Shown here piece by piece: positions 9,683 through 18,883 of a stretch of 64,000 nucleotides of DNA. The notes below the pieces were generated by a model. That model ran no database searches and was not told the DNA's origin. It saw only the letters and a list, made by a program, of their open reading frames with translations. The position numbers and the translations under genes were made by a program. Numbering within the stretch: the stretch's first letter is position 1; each line of letters begins with the position of its first letter. The DNA comes from a virus (taxonomy: Duplodnaviria > Caudoviricetes), in IMG/VR virus record IMGVR_UViG_2744054709_000002, positions 11,719 to 75,718 of that record; one strand, written 5' to 3'.

Positions 9683-10890
9683 CCAGGCGCGCGGAAATTC
9701 TGGTCGATATTGGAGGTATAGCGTCATGCCAGTGCGATGATGCGCTGGAAAGCCTGTTCAAGGCCGCGACGGAAACGCCAGCCCGGAACCCCACCATGCT
9801 GTGGGATGACGTTCCCAATCCGATCATCCGCAGGCTGGTCGAACTGTTCACCCAGAAATATCAGGCGGTCCTGAAGCAACTGCAGGACCGCTTTGGCCAG
9901 ATCCTTACCGGGAAGGGCACAGGCTCGCTCCAGAAGGCGCTATCCCCTGGATGGGGACGGTGGACGCCTGAACAGGAGCAGGAGGCCCGGGCGCATCTGG
10001 AGCGGCATCCTCCCGAAGATTATACCCTTGATGACTGGATGCTGCTGGTCGAGCTGCTGATGCAGGAATACCTGCCGCATGACGTGGCGGTGGACTGGGG
10101 GGACTGGCTGACGGTACGGGCTACGCTCGCGGGAAAGGCGCAGGCTGCGTTCGAGGCGCGGGGCATCCGGGATGCCGAGAGCATCGCGAAAATGGCGGAA
10201 TACATGCCCACGGGGTTCGGGGCGGTTCCGCGCAAGATCCTCACGCCAGTCGAGATGAAGACCATCGAGATTGCGCGGGCACGCGCGGCCGAGAACATCT
10301 CCGCCGTCACCGACGTGGCGCGCCACAAGATGAAGAACCTGATCATCCAGCACATGGAAGCGCAGATGTTCGGGATGAAGCAGGGTCAGTTCACCGCACT
10401 GCGGCAGAGCCTTTTTGATGCGTTCGGGGAACTGAACCGAGATTTCCGGCGCATTGCAGTGACCGAGGCGGGGGAGGCCTGCAACCAGGGCCTGATCGCC
10501 ACCCTCTCGCCCGGGCAGCGGGTCAAGCGCGTGGAAGCTTATCGCGGCGCGTGCGCGTTCTGCAAATCGATCAACGGGAAAATCTTTACCGTCGTTGCGC
10601 CCGACGCGCCGGAGCAGAATGGCCAGACGCAGGTCTGGGTCGGGAAAACCAATATCGGGCGCTCTGCCGCTTCGCGGCGTCGCACTGACGAAGGGCTGAT
10701 GCCCCGCAGCGAAAACGAGATGTGGTGGCCAGCCGCCGGCGTCCAGCACCCGAACTGCCGGGGCAGCTGGGTCACGGTTACGGATCCGGGACCTGATGTT
10801 TCCCCTGAATTCGTCAACTGGATGGACGGAATCCTGCGCAAGCATAGTCTCAAGCCAGTCGGCAGACCAAGCGGGCAGCAACCAACGTAG
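9679..10890 (+). CDS. head morphogenesis protein, MuF/SPP1 gp7-like
   Basis: RIAVTE, CAFC and HPNCRGSW motifs; near portal. Confidence 0.85.
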   Translation: MTRRAEILVDIGGIASCQCDDALESLFKAATETPARNPTMLWDDVPNPIIRRLVELFTQKYQAVLKQLQDRFGQILTGKGTGSLQKALSPGWGRWTPEQEQEARAHLERHPPEDYTLDDWMLLVELLMQEYLPHDVAVDWGDWLTVRATLAGKAQAAFEARGIRDAESIAKMAEYMPTGFGAVPRKILTPVEMKTIEIARARAAENISAVTDVARHKMKNLIIQHMEAQMFGMKQGQFTALRQSLFDAFGELNRDFRRIAVTEAGEACNQGLIATLSPGQRVKRVEAYRGACAFCKSINGKIFTVVAPDAPEQNGQTQVWVGKTNIGRSAASRRRTDEGLMPRSENEMWWPAAGVQHPNCRGSWVTVTDPGPDVSPEFVNWMDGILRKHSLKPVGRPSGQQPT

Positions 10891-10895
10891 CCAGA

Positions 10896-10913
10896 TTGCA
10901 TGCATGCATGCAA
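10896..10913. repeat. (WGCW)n palindrome, candidate centromere site
   Basis: TTGCATGCATGCATGCAA; 24 bp identical to the site upstream of parA. Confidence 0.7.
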
Positions 10914-10925
10914 AACACGCGTCTG

Positions 10926-10940
10926 TCGTGACGGCATGAT
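10926..10940 (+). promoter_or_regulatory. putative late promoter
   Basis: TCGTGACG-G-CATGAT. Confidence 0.7.
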
Positions 10941-10967
10941 GGGACATCATCATGCAGCGGAGCGATT

Positions 10968-11327
10968 ATGCGCGGTTTTCTGACTTTCCTTGCGGTTCTG
11001 GCCTGCCCTGTGCTTGCCCTGGCGGCGAGCGTGGGGCCGTCCAGTCCCATGATGCCCGAGGCTCCGGCGATCATGGCCGCAGCCACGTGGCAGGAGATTT
11101 TCCCGGCTGGCACCCAAAATCATGGCGGCGTGTTCCAGAACACCTCTGCGGCGGTGGAGTATATCTGTCTGACGGGATGCGCGGGGGGCGATCTTGGTTC
11201 CACAGCGATTGCCGTCTATCCGGCATCGGCGACGAACCCCGGCATATTCCGGTGGGGGCCAGTCAGCGGCCCCATTACGGTCTATGGCGCGAAAGCAGGC
11301 CAGACCTACAGCGCGTTTGGAGGCTGA
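10968..11327 (+). CDS. small secreted protein
   Basis: GGAG RBS; Sec-type signal MRGFLTFLAVLACPVLALA. Confidence 0.7.
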   Translation: MRGFLTFLAVLACPVLALAASVGPSSPMMPEAPAIMAAATWQEIFPAGTQNHGGVFQNTSAAVEYICLTGCAGGDLGSTAIAVYPASATNPGIFRWGPVSGPITVYGAKAGQTYSAFGG

Positions 11328-11346
11328 CATGCATGCTTGCAAGCAA
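11328..11346. repeat. (WGCW)n array
   Basis: CATGCATGCTTGCAAGCAA, intergenic. Confidence 0.6.
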
Positions 11347-11372
11347 ATCGGCAAGCGCCGAGGCATTCTGCC

Positions 11373-11924
11373 ATGCTGATCCTCCTCAAAGCCATGCCGC
11401 AGCATCCCCTGTCATGCTTCCATGAACCCACGGAGGGGCAGAAGCGGGCCGGAAATTATCGTAAGACAAAAACCGATTTCGGAGGCTTGCCGATCACCAT
11501 CGAGAACGAGGCCGGAAGTGTCCGGCGCGGTCGCGATCATGGCGGTAAGGAATGGGCCACCACCATGACGTGCCATTACGGATATATCCGGGGCACCGTG
11601 GGGGCGGACGGCGACCATTATGACGTGTTCATCGGCCCGGACGAAAAGTCACGGCGTGTCTGGATCATCCAGACCATGGCGCCGCCTGATTTTCGCAAGA
11701 AGGACGAGGAAAAGGCGATGCTCGGCTTTGGCAGCGAAAGCGAGGCCCGGGCCAGCTTCCTGCGTCATTACGACAATCCTGCCTTCCTGGGGGCAATCCG
11801 CGAGATGCCGTTCGACATCTTCAAGCGACAGGTCATGGCGACCAAGGAGAACGGAGGAAAACTGCGGGGTCCGAAACCGGTGAGAAAATGCTTTATCGTG
11901 CTTGGGCGTGAGAGCCCGGCATGA
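11373..11924 (+). CDS. phage inorganic-pyrophosphatase-like (InPase) protein
   Basis: AGNYRK, ITIENEAGS, HYGYIRGTVGADGDHYDVFIG, DEEKAMLGF. Confidence 0.85.
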   Translation: MLILLKAMPQHPLSCFHEPTEGQKRAGNYRKTKTDFGGLPITIENEAGSVRRGRDHGGKEWATTMTCHYGYIRGTVGADGDHYDVFIGPDEKSRRVWIIQTMAPPDFRKKDEEKAMLGFGSESEARASFLRHYDNPAFLGAIREMPFDIFKRQVMATKENGGKLRGPKPVRKCFIVLGRESPA

Positions 11925-12171
11925 TTGCGCCGCGTCATAGAATGTGGCGCGCACTGATCTGGCTGCTGGTCCGCGAGGAACGCGCACGGACACGGGCATG
12001 GGCCGCGATCATAGAGGCGTCCCGTCGCCAGCGGCGCCCGGGTCGTAAAAAATAGGGGGCTGGCAGGCTGTCTGGTATGTTGACCAGACCGGCGACGACC
12101 ACTACCTATTACGATCATCGTGGTATCACGGACCATCTCCGTCGCCGCGTATCAAGACTGGGGGCACGGTT

Positions 12172-12615
12172 ATGCTGAGCGCGAGGCAGGTCGCTGATTA
12201 TTTTCTGACGTTGGCGGATCCAGACGTTGGGGATGAGATTTCCAATCTGAAGCTCCAGAAGCTCTGCTATTACGCGCAGGGGTTCAGCCTGGCTTTGAAC
12301 GACACGCCCCTGTTTATGGAGCCGATTGTCGCTTGGCAGCATGGCCCCGTGGTGGAATCAATTTACCATGCGTTCAAGATATATGGGTCACAAGGGATTC
12401 CATGTCCTGTGGGGCTGGATTTCTCGGTATATGACGAGGATGACCGGGAACTGCTGAACGAAGTCTATGACGAGTATGGGCAGTTTTCCGCGTGGAAACT
12501 GCGCAATATGACGCATGAGGAAGCGCCGTGGCGCAACGCTGACAAGAGCGGTGCAAATAACGTGATCTCCCAGTCAGCTATGAAAAAATTCTTCAAGAGG
12601 CGGCTGAAGGACTAG
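12172..12615 (+). CDS. Panacea (SocA/DUF4065) antitoxin
   Basis: VADYFL, SNLKLQKLCYYAQG, AWQHGPVV, LRNMTHEEAPW. Confidence 0.9.
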   Translation: MLSARQVADYFLTLADPDVGDEISNLKLQKLCYYAQGFSLALNDTPLFMEPIVAWQHGPVVESIYHAFKIYGSQGIPCPVGLDFSVYDEDDRELLNEVYDEYGQFSAWKLRNMTHEEAPWRNADKSGANNVISQSAMKKFFKRRLKD

Positions 12616-12619
12616 CGTC

Positions 12620-13048
12620 CTGTCGGCCAAGAAAAACAAAAAGCGTATCGCCAGTGCCCCAGCGCGGACATCGGGAAGAATTGCTGCGCCGCAGTCATCA
12701 AGCGGCAGTACTGATCACCTGAAGCCCCATTTCAGTCTGGAAAACCTGCAGCCATCGCATGATATCGAATGCTGCGAGGAGAATGAGCGGGCAAGGTTCG
12801 CTGTGGCAATCGCCAAACGCTCCAAATTAACGTGGAACGAACTGCGCGCATCCGGTCGTCACGGACTTGGATACGAGAAGATCGGCCGATCATCCATGAA
12901 GGTGGCTATTCCGCCATTCATCACTGAAGAAACGCCAATAATCGCTTTTCGATGTGCGGGGATGGCGCCGATGGTCGGTTATCGGGGCGGCCGGGTTTTC
13001 TATGTCGTCTGGATTGACCGCGCGTTTGATGTGTACGATCATGGATAA
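12620..13048 (+). CDS. putative toxin partner of the Panacea antitoxin (probable CTG start)
   Basis: Frame is open from 12608; AAGGA RBS precedes CTG at 12620; C-terminal MVGYR..VFYVVWIDRAFDVYDHG resembles RelE-like toxins. Confidence 0.65.
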   Translation: MSAKKNKKRIASAPARTSGRIAAPQSSSGSTDHLKPHFSLENLQPSHDIECCEENERARFAVAIAKRSKLTWNELRASGRHGLGYEKIGRSSMKVAIPPFITEETPIIAFRCAGMAPMVGYRGGRVFYVVWIDRAFDVYDHG

Positions 13049-13081
13049 TTCGGAAACAATAATGACATATGGTGATATCTA

Positions 13082-13333
13082 ATGACAGAAGTTCCCGTTT
13101 GTAAAAAACGCGTTGAAGACGCCTGCATTGCAGCACTCCAAAACAGTGATGCTGATTTGTTAGTTATTTTTAATAGACTGCAAAAAATTTCAGGAATCGA
13201 AGAAATAGGACCCAAAAGAAAGGAAATAGAAATTTTATTGTTAAAAGCGCAATTATGTGAAGGAAATATAATGAATATTTCAGATCACGATTTTCGTCTC
13301 ATTGCGAGTGAATTGGAAAAGGAAAAAAATTAA
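13082..13333 (+). CDS. hypothetical low-GC protein
   Basis: 83-aa ORF in an AT-rich patch. Confidence 0.55.
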   Translation: MTEVPVCKKRVEDACIAALQNSDADLLVIFNRLQKISGIEEIGPKRKEIEILLLKAQLCEGNIMNISDHDFRLIASELEKEKN

Positions 13334-13379
13334 TTCTATAAGAGTAGGACGCGCCGGACAGTTGGACAGGAGCGCCCGA

Positions 13380-14075
13380 ATGGATGTCTGGGTCGGAAAA
13401 TCGAACATCGGTCGCGCGCCCGAAAAGGCGCTGACACGTGCCGAGATGAAAACCATCGAAATGGCCGAGGTCTTCGGCATGCGTAGCGTGGAGGACGTGT
13501 CCGGTGCGGACAGGGCGCAGATGAAGGCGCTCCTGGTGGAGCACGTCAAGGCGGATGCCTTCGGGATGAAGCAGGGCACGCATCGGGCATTGGCGTCCGC
13601 CCTGTTCGCGGAGTTCGCGGTCCTGAATCTGGATTTCGAGGAAATCGCTGCGACGGAAATGGGAGAGGCGCGCAATCAGGGCATGATCGCGGCGCAGGAG
13701 CCGGGAGCACATGTACGATGGCGTGACGCCTGCGACGGCTGTCCCAGCTGCACGGCGCTCAATGGCAAGACATTCAGGGTCGTCGCGCCGGATAGCCCGG
13801 ACAGGAATGCCCGGACGGATGTCTGGGTAGGGAAATCTAATATCGGTTGCGTGCCCGGCCCGGGATATGGTCCAGACGATGAAGGATACGATCAGGCGTG
13901 GGCGCAGCCGCACTGGTTCCCGGCCGCAGGGCTGCAGCATGTGGGGTGCCGGGGCAACTGGTCAGCGATCCCCAAAGCCGACCCGCGCGTATCGCCGGAG
14001 TTCGTGGAATGGATGGATGAGATCCTGCGCAAGCATCATCTGAAGCCGACAAGCCCGCGCAAGATTGAGGAATAA
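13380..14075 (+). CDS. second, truncated and rearranged MuF-like paralog
   Basis: Shares EMKTIE, FGMKQG, NQG, VWVGKxNIG, AAGxQH and VSPEFVxWMDxILRKH with 9679-10890. Confidence 0.75.
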   Translation: MDVWVGKSNIGRAPEKALTRAEMKTIEMAEVFGMRSVEDVSGADRAQMKALLVEHVKADAFGMKQGTHRALASALFAEFAVLNLDFEEIAATEMGEARNQGMIAAQEPGAHVRWRDACDGCPSCTALNGKTFRVVAPDSPDRNARTDVWVGKSNIGCVPGPGYGPDDEGYDQAWAQPHWFPAAGLQHVGCRGNWSAIPKADPRVSPEFVEWMDEILRKHHLKPTSPRKIEE

Positions 14076-14107
14076 TCTGGCTGCCTCAGTTCCAATACCG
14101 CCTGAGA

Positions 14108-14635
14108 TCAGGCAGCGATGGCCTGGGGAACCGTATCCCACTCGTCCAGTTGTGTGACCTCAGCGGGTAGGGCGCGCCGGACCATCCGGATCCGTGGAGC
14201 GGTCTGGCTGGCACGTGGCTTGAGCGGGGAAAGCGATGTCACGGTTTTCGGGTCCACGCTGAAATGCGGGAAACGGTCACGTAGCGTGGTCACCACCACC
14301 ATGCGCAGCTGCTTGTCAGCCCACTGGCCGACTTCCTGCTTGCCATTCTCCCAACGGGAATAGGTGGCCGGGTTCATCATCAGGATCTTTGCCATATCCC
14401 CCGAAGACAGGTCCAGCACGTCGCGCAGGAACCGGATCTCCAGCGGCAGAAGGCCGGTCGGGATCAGGACACGCGCCATCGCCACGGCGGCCGCAAGCCC
14501 TTCCATGTCGGGCACGGAAACTCCGATCACTTCCCCGGTGGTTTCGTCAATTTCCTCTTCCGCGGCGTCAATCAGCGTCACCGCGTAAGGCAGCCCCAGG
14601 CCGTCTTCCTCGTACGAGGGCAGTGTTCTGAACAT
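14108..14635 (-). CDS. MqsA-like HTH antitoxin
   Basis: EIRFLRDVLDLS..MAKIL..PATYSRWENG HTH; downstream of a small toxin-like gene. Confidence 0.8.
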   Translation of the reverse strand: MFRTLPSYEEDGLGLPYAVTLIDAAEEEIDETTGEVIGVSVPDMEGLAAAVAMARVLIPTGLLPLEIRFLRDVLDLSSGDMAKILMMNPATYSRWENGKQEVGQWADKQLRMVVVTTLRDRFPHFSVDPKTVTSLSPLKPRASQTAPRIRMVRRALPAEVTQLDEWDTVPQAIAA

Positions 14636-14647
14636 GAATTCTTCCTT

Positions 14648-14947
14648 TCAGCGGAGCGCCATGACCGTGATGATACGAATGATACAGACGTCATCTTTCA
14701 AAGTGACAACCACGCCTATCCGGCGACCGTCATTGTCGGTCCCGACCACGCGCCAGGTTTCATCACCGTCCAGTGGTGCTTCGATTTGATCAATGTTGCC
14801 GCGACGGAGCACGCGCTCAGCAATCAGCTTGGAGATATGGCGTTCCCGTGAACGCTGTGTCGCATGGTGCGTCCATACGATCCTTGCCCCTTGCGTGATA
14901 GCGTTCTGCAATCTGCGACGTTCTGCATCGTGCGGCACCGTTATCAA
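14648..14947 (-). CDS. DUF4258-like toxin
   Basis: THHATQRSRERHIS and IRIITV; TTG start. Confidence 0.75.
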   Translation of the reverse strand: MITVPHDAERRRLQNAITQGARIVWTHHATQRSRERHISKLIAERVLRRGNIDQIEAPLDGDETWRVVGTDNDGRRIGVVVTLKDDVCIIRIITVMALR

Positions 14948-14959
14948 GTCCTCGTCGTG

Positions 14960-14988
14960 AAAATAGGTATTTTTTGACGTACCGTCAA
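14960..14988 (-). promoter_or_regulatory. sigma70 promoter with overlapping operator for the TA pair
   Basis: TTGACG-17 bp-TATTTT on the minus strand; palindrome TTGACG-TAC-CGTCAA at 14974-14988. Confidence 0.7.
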
Positions 14989-15043
14989 GTGGGGTAGCTT
15001 CACTCGTGAGTGTCCGCCTGTACGCATCCCCGTTCGTCGGTAT

Positions 15044-16264
15044 TCAGTGTGAACTGCAATTCGAAGAAGGCGCAGACTGTATGGCACCGCTTAGAATTGC
15101 GCGCGCAACGTCACCACAGTCACTTGGTTCGCGATCAAGGTAAGCATATGCACCCTGAGAGGCACAGGCAGTGCACATGCCGGCGTCAATGAGTTTCTCG
15201 ATTGCATCATTGGCGCGAATTTCTGTCTTGTGCTGTTCTGGATGGTCGAAATATAGGCTGAAACCCAGATCGTCAGGGTACACCTTGGGAGCATGCACGA
15301 CGTGGCAGTTCTGTAACTGGATGGTCCCCGCCGGGAACACGATGCCCCCATGTTGTCCATATGCTATCGGAGAGCCGTCTGGAGTAGCTTCAAGCAGGTT
15401 CAGATGATCTGCTTTCATGCCGACTTTGTAATAGTCATTGTTTTCAATAGGCTTTGTGATGGTTCCAATACAGCCATTGTCTGTTTCAGACGGGTCATCT
15501 TTCTCGTCGCTTATGAGAAAATAAGGCGAGAACGTATAAAAAAATTTATCGGACATAATAATATTATTCTTCACGGCATAATATACCATGTCTGTTGCTG
15601 CCTGTGATAATCCATTTCCGATTAGTGGCATAAAAACTTTCTTATTTGGCCCGACAGTAATGTATGAACTGTTTTTTATGGATTTTGCGAACTTATAAGC
15701 ATCGTCACCAAACAGTGTTTTTTCGTATAATGATGATACTATATTAGACTCTGTTGTAAAATTAGACCTTTTCAGGACGATGCTGTCATTTCCGATCTGA
15801 AGTATATGTGTTGGGTCTGAGGTCCCATTTATAAGAAGATTTATATATATTCCATGCAGGCCCTCAGAAAGAATATAGAGATTGATTGGCCCAAAATGAC
15901 CATGTAAAGCAAGGTCATGGGATTGAGACATCATCATGACATCCCAAAATCCCGTGCTTTCTATTACTCGGTCACCTTCAAAATTTGTCTCGTTTATTGG
16001 GACTTTCATATAATACGGGACATAATTATTGAAGTGCATTTTGGCTTCAGGAAGGGGCCGAGGAATTCCTGGAACTGCAGCGCTGGAATGTCCCGATGCG
16101 GGTTCCTCGTGGGATGCGCGTATGTTGACGGCACCTGCACGTGCAGTCGTATGTTGCGCGGTCATATGTGTAGATAGAGCCGTCCACGACACATATGTCA
16201 GACCGCCTCCTGCTATGAGGCTGGCAGTGATGATTGCTGCGAATCTCATGGGGGACAACTGCAT
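15044..16264 (-). CDS. low-GC membrane-anchored hypothetical protein (moron)
   Basis: 406 aa, N-terminal hydrophobic segment, AT-rich. Confidence 0.7.
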   Translation of the reverse strand: MQLSPMRFAAIITASLIAGGGLTYVSWTALSTHMTAQHTTARAGAVNIRASHEEPASGHSSAAVPGIPRPLPEAKMHFNNYVPYYMKVPINETNFEGDRVIESTGFWDVMMMSQSHDLALHGHFGPINLYILSEGLHGIYINLLINGTSDPTHILQIGNDSIVLKRSNFTTESNIVSSLYEKTLFGDDAYKFAKSIKNSSYITVGPNKKVFMPLIGNGLSQAATDMVYYAVKNNIIMSDKFFYTFSPYFLISDEKDDPSETDNGCIGTITKPIENNDYYKVGMKADHLNLLEATPDGSPIAYGQHGGIVFPAGTIQLQNCHVVHAPKVYPDDLGFSLYFDHPEQHKTEIRANDAIEKLIDAGMCTACASQGAYAYLDREPSDCGDVARAILSGAIQSAPSSNCSSH

Positions 16265-16406
16265 GGAGTTCAGCCGATCATCTGCAAGAGATACCGTGCA
16301 TCAATCCTACCATCCATCGCCATGATCCATGTTCCCTACTGTTCTGATCTTCCGATATCACAGAACATTTCGGGAGCGCGTTAACAGGACGGCATGACAG
16401 GGATGC

Positions 16407-16607
16407 TTATGCTGGATGCAGCTTTGCTGCTTCAAGCCCTAACTGGAGCAGGCGACGAAGTGCTTCTGATCGCGTGATGTTCATTTCTTTTGCGTAAGCA
16501 TGAACGGCCTGCACCAGTTCAGCAGGGACTCTTCCCGAGATAAGGGGGTTGGTTCCCGTTGCTGGGCGTCCTCTTCTTTTTACGTGCACGGTAATTGACG
16601 GCTTCAT
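16407..16607 (-). CDS. ribbon-helix-helix (CopG-like) regulator
   Basis: KRRGRPATG..ISGRVP..ITRSEALRRLL; near-palindrome TTTTATGTCTACGTAAAA just upstream. Confidence 0.8.
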   Translation of the reverse strand: MKPSITVHVKRRGRPATGTNPLISGRVPAELVQAVHAYAKEMNITRSEALRRLLQLGLEAAKLHPA

Positions 16608-16690
16608 ATTTTATGTCTACGTAAAAAAACAGGCCGAAGCAAGGTTGCCCCCTTGCCCCGGCCCTAACCAACAGCAAGGGAAAGTACCCC

Positions 16691-17482
16691 ATGCCACCGG
16701 CTGATCATTTTCATAACATTTCCAAGGGGCGTTCGTCGCCCACCCTTTTTGACAGCATTGCGCCTGACACTGGCGATTTAGCTTCCCTTACTATGTCCAG
16801 TCGTGAGATCTCGGAACTGACTGGGAAACAGCATGCCCATGTTATGCGTGACATCCGTGCCATGCTGGAACAGGTTGGAGAGGGCCAATCCAAGTTTGGA
16901 TCGACCTATCTCGATGCCCAAGGAAAGGCACGTGAGTGCTACAATCTCCCCAAAAACCTGACGCTCAACCTCATCACCGGCTACCGGGCGGACATGCGGC
17001 TGAAAATCATCGACCGCTGGCTGGAACTGGAGGCCTCGACGTCGCCCATCCCGGACCCGCGTGTGCCGCGCACCCTGTCGGAGGCGCTGCGCCTTGCCGC
17101 CGACCAGCAGGACCGGATCGCGGCGCAGGCGGACACGATCGCGCAGCAGCAGGTGCGGATCGAACGTGACGCGCCCAAGGTCTCCGCGCTGGCGCGCATT
17201 GCGGGGACCGAGGGGTCGATCGATATGCGGCAGGCGGCGAAGAACCTGCAGGTCAAGCCGATCCTGTTGCGCAATTTCATGCGCGACCGGCGCTGGATCT
17301 ACCGCAAGGGCGAGCACTGGCTGGCGTACCAGACCAAGCTGGACAGTGGCCTGCTGGAGCACAAGCTGGTCACCCTGCATCAGGAGTCAGGGAGGACGAA
17401 AATTGTGACCCGCCTGCGGGTGACCGCGAAAGGCATCTCCCGCCTGGGGGAGATGTTGCACGGATGGGGGGTGGCACGATGA
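16691..17482 (+). CDS. Rha-family/KilAC antirepressor
   Basis: MSSREISELTGKQHAHVMRDI (Rha), PRTLSEALRLAAD, RVTAKG (ANT/KilAC). Confidence 0.9.
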   Translation: MPPADHFHNISKGRSSPTLFDSIAPDTGDLASLTMSSREISELTGKQHAHVMRDIRAMLEQVGEGQSKFGSTYLDAQGKARECYNLPKNLTLNLITGYRADMRLKIIDRWLELEASTSPIPDPRVPRTLSEALRLAADQQDRIAAQADTIAQQQVRIERDAPKVSALARIAGTEGSIDMRQAAKNLQVKPILLRNFMRDRRWIYRKGEHWLAYQTKLDSGLLEHKLVTLHQESGRTKIVTRLRVTAKGISRLGEMLHGWGVAR

Positions 17483-17841
17483 GCGCCGATACCACGATGC
17501 CGCCCGGCCTGCTGGCGGCGAACTATCCCCTCTCCTTCCTTGCGCCGCTGTGGACGCTGACGCAAGAGGCCGCGGCGCGGCTGGAGGCGATGCTGTCGCG
17601 CCCGGATGCAGAGGACTGGCGCGACGACGAGCTGACGCAGGTCTTTGCGGAGATGAAGGCCGTCGAGCGCGACATCATGGACACCGCATCGCCCACGTTC
17701 GGGGGCGTCATGCTGAAAATCGGCGTAGTGCGGGCATTGTCCCGCAACCCGGACTGTCTTGATCTGGTGCGCGATATGGTGGCATCGATTGAGGATGACA
17801 TGCGGCGTCTGCTGGCGGAGGGGTCGGATCACGGAACGTAA
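17479..17841 (+). CDS. hypothetical protein, paralog of 48043-48354
   Basis: ATGA overlap; C-terminal half aligns with the 48043 ORF. Confidence 0.7.
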   Translation: MSADTTMPPGLLAANYPLSFLAPLWTLTQEAAARLEAMLSRPDAEDWRDDELTQVFAEMKAVERDIMDTASPTFGGVMLKIGVVRALSRNPDCLDLVRDMVASIEDDMRRLLAEGSDHGT

Positions 17842-17911
17842 CCCGACCTGATCCCCCTTCCCGCTTCCCCGCCACGGCGGGGGAGCACCCAGATACGAAC
17901 AGGATTTCGAG

Positions 17912-18868
17912 ATGAACCAGATTATTGTTCCGACCCAGCCCGACACCGCCATCGCCATCGTGCCGTCCGCGCGCGCCCGCCGCTTCATCCTGGAGGCCGA
18001 GGCCCCGAGCACGCGCCGCGCCTACATGACCGACATCAACACCTTCACCACCTGGTGCACGGCGCGCGGGGTCAGCCCCATGCCCGCCGCGCCGGAGACG
18101 GTGGCCAATTTCATCGCCGATTCAGCGGAGCAGGGCCTGCGGCCGTCCACGATCGGGCGCCGGGTGGCGGCGATCCGTTACCTGCACCGGCTGGCGGACG
18201 AGGAAACGCCGACCCGGTCCGAACTGGTGTCGAAGACATTGAAAGGCATCCGGCGGGAGATGGGCGGCGCGCCGGACCGCAAGGCCGCCGCCACGGCGGA
18301 TATCGTGGAGCGCATGATCGACACCTGCGATGACAGCCTGAAGGGGCTGCGCGACCGGGCGATCCTCGCGCTGGGCTTTGCCGGGGCGTTCCGGCGCAGC
18401 GAGCTGGTCGCGCTGCGCGTGGAGGATCTGTCGCGCACGGATGACGGATACCGGGTGCTGATCCGCAAGTCGAAGACCGACCAGGAGGGGCAGGGCCAGA
18501 CCATCGCGATCCCGCGCGGCAACCGCCTGCGCCCCGGCCCGGCCATCGAGGCGTGGATGGCGGCGGCCGGGATCGAAAGCGGCTCCCTGTTCCGCCGCGT
18601 GCGCCGGGGCGGCAAGGTCGGCGCGCAACCCCTGCGCCCGGCGGCCGTGGCGGAGATCGTGAAGGAACGGTGCCTGCTGATCAACGAAGACCCGGCGCAG
18701 TTTTCGGGGCACTCCCTGCGGTCAGGCTTTCTGACCAGCGCGGCGCGCGCCGGGGCGACGATCTTCAAGATGCGCGACGTCAGTCGGCACAAAAGTCTGG
18801 AGACGCTGAACGCGTATGTGCGGGATGCGGATCTGTTCAGGAACCACGCTGGTTCAGCGTTTTTGTGA
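17912..18868 (+). CDS. Cre-like tyrosine recombinase
   Basis: RDRAILALGFAGAFRRSEL, KSKTDQ, HSLRSG, RH, AYVR catalytic set. Confidence 0.9.
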   Translation: MNQIIVPTQPDTAIAIVPSARARRFILEAEAPSTRRAYMTDINTFTTWCTARGVSPMPAAPETVANFIADSAEQGLRPSTIGRRVAAIRYLHRLADEETPTRSELVSKTLKGIRREMGGAPDRKAAATADIVERMIDTCDDSLKGLRDRAILALGFAGAFRRSELVALRVEDLSRTDDGYRVLIRKSKTDQEGQGQTIAIPRGNRLRPGPAIEAWMAAAGIESGSLFRRVRRGGKVGAQPLRPAAVAEIVKERCLLINEDPAQFSGHSLRSGFLTSAARAGATIFKMRDVSRHKSLETLNAYVRDADLFRNHAGSAFL

Positions 18869-18883
18869 AAAGGAAGATAATAA

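Noticed and set aside
16331-16344. GTTC-N6-GTTC as an SOS box
   Set aside because: Spacer is 6 nt rather than the required 7
17912-18868. Chromosomal integrase marking an integrated prophage end
   Set aside because: Cre-like motifs, mid-genome position, no att or tRNA seen, and a plasmid replicon is present
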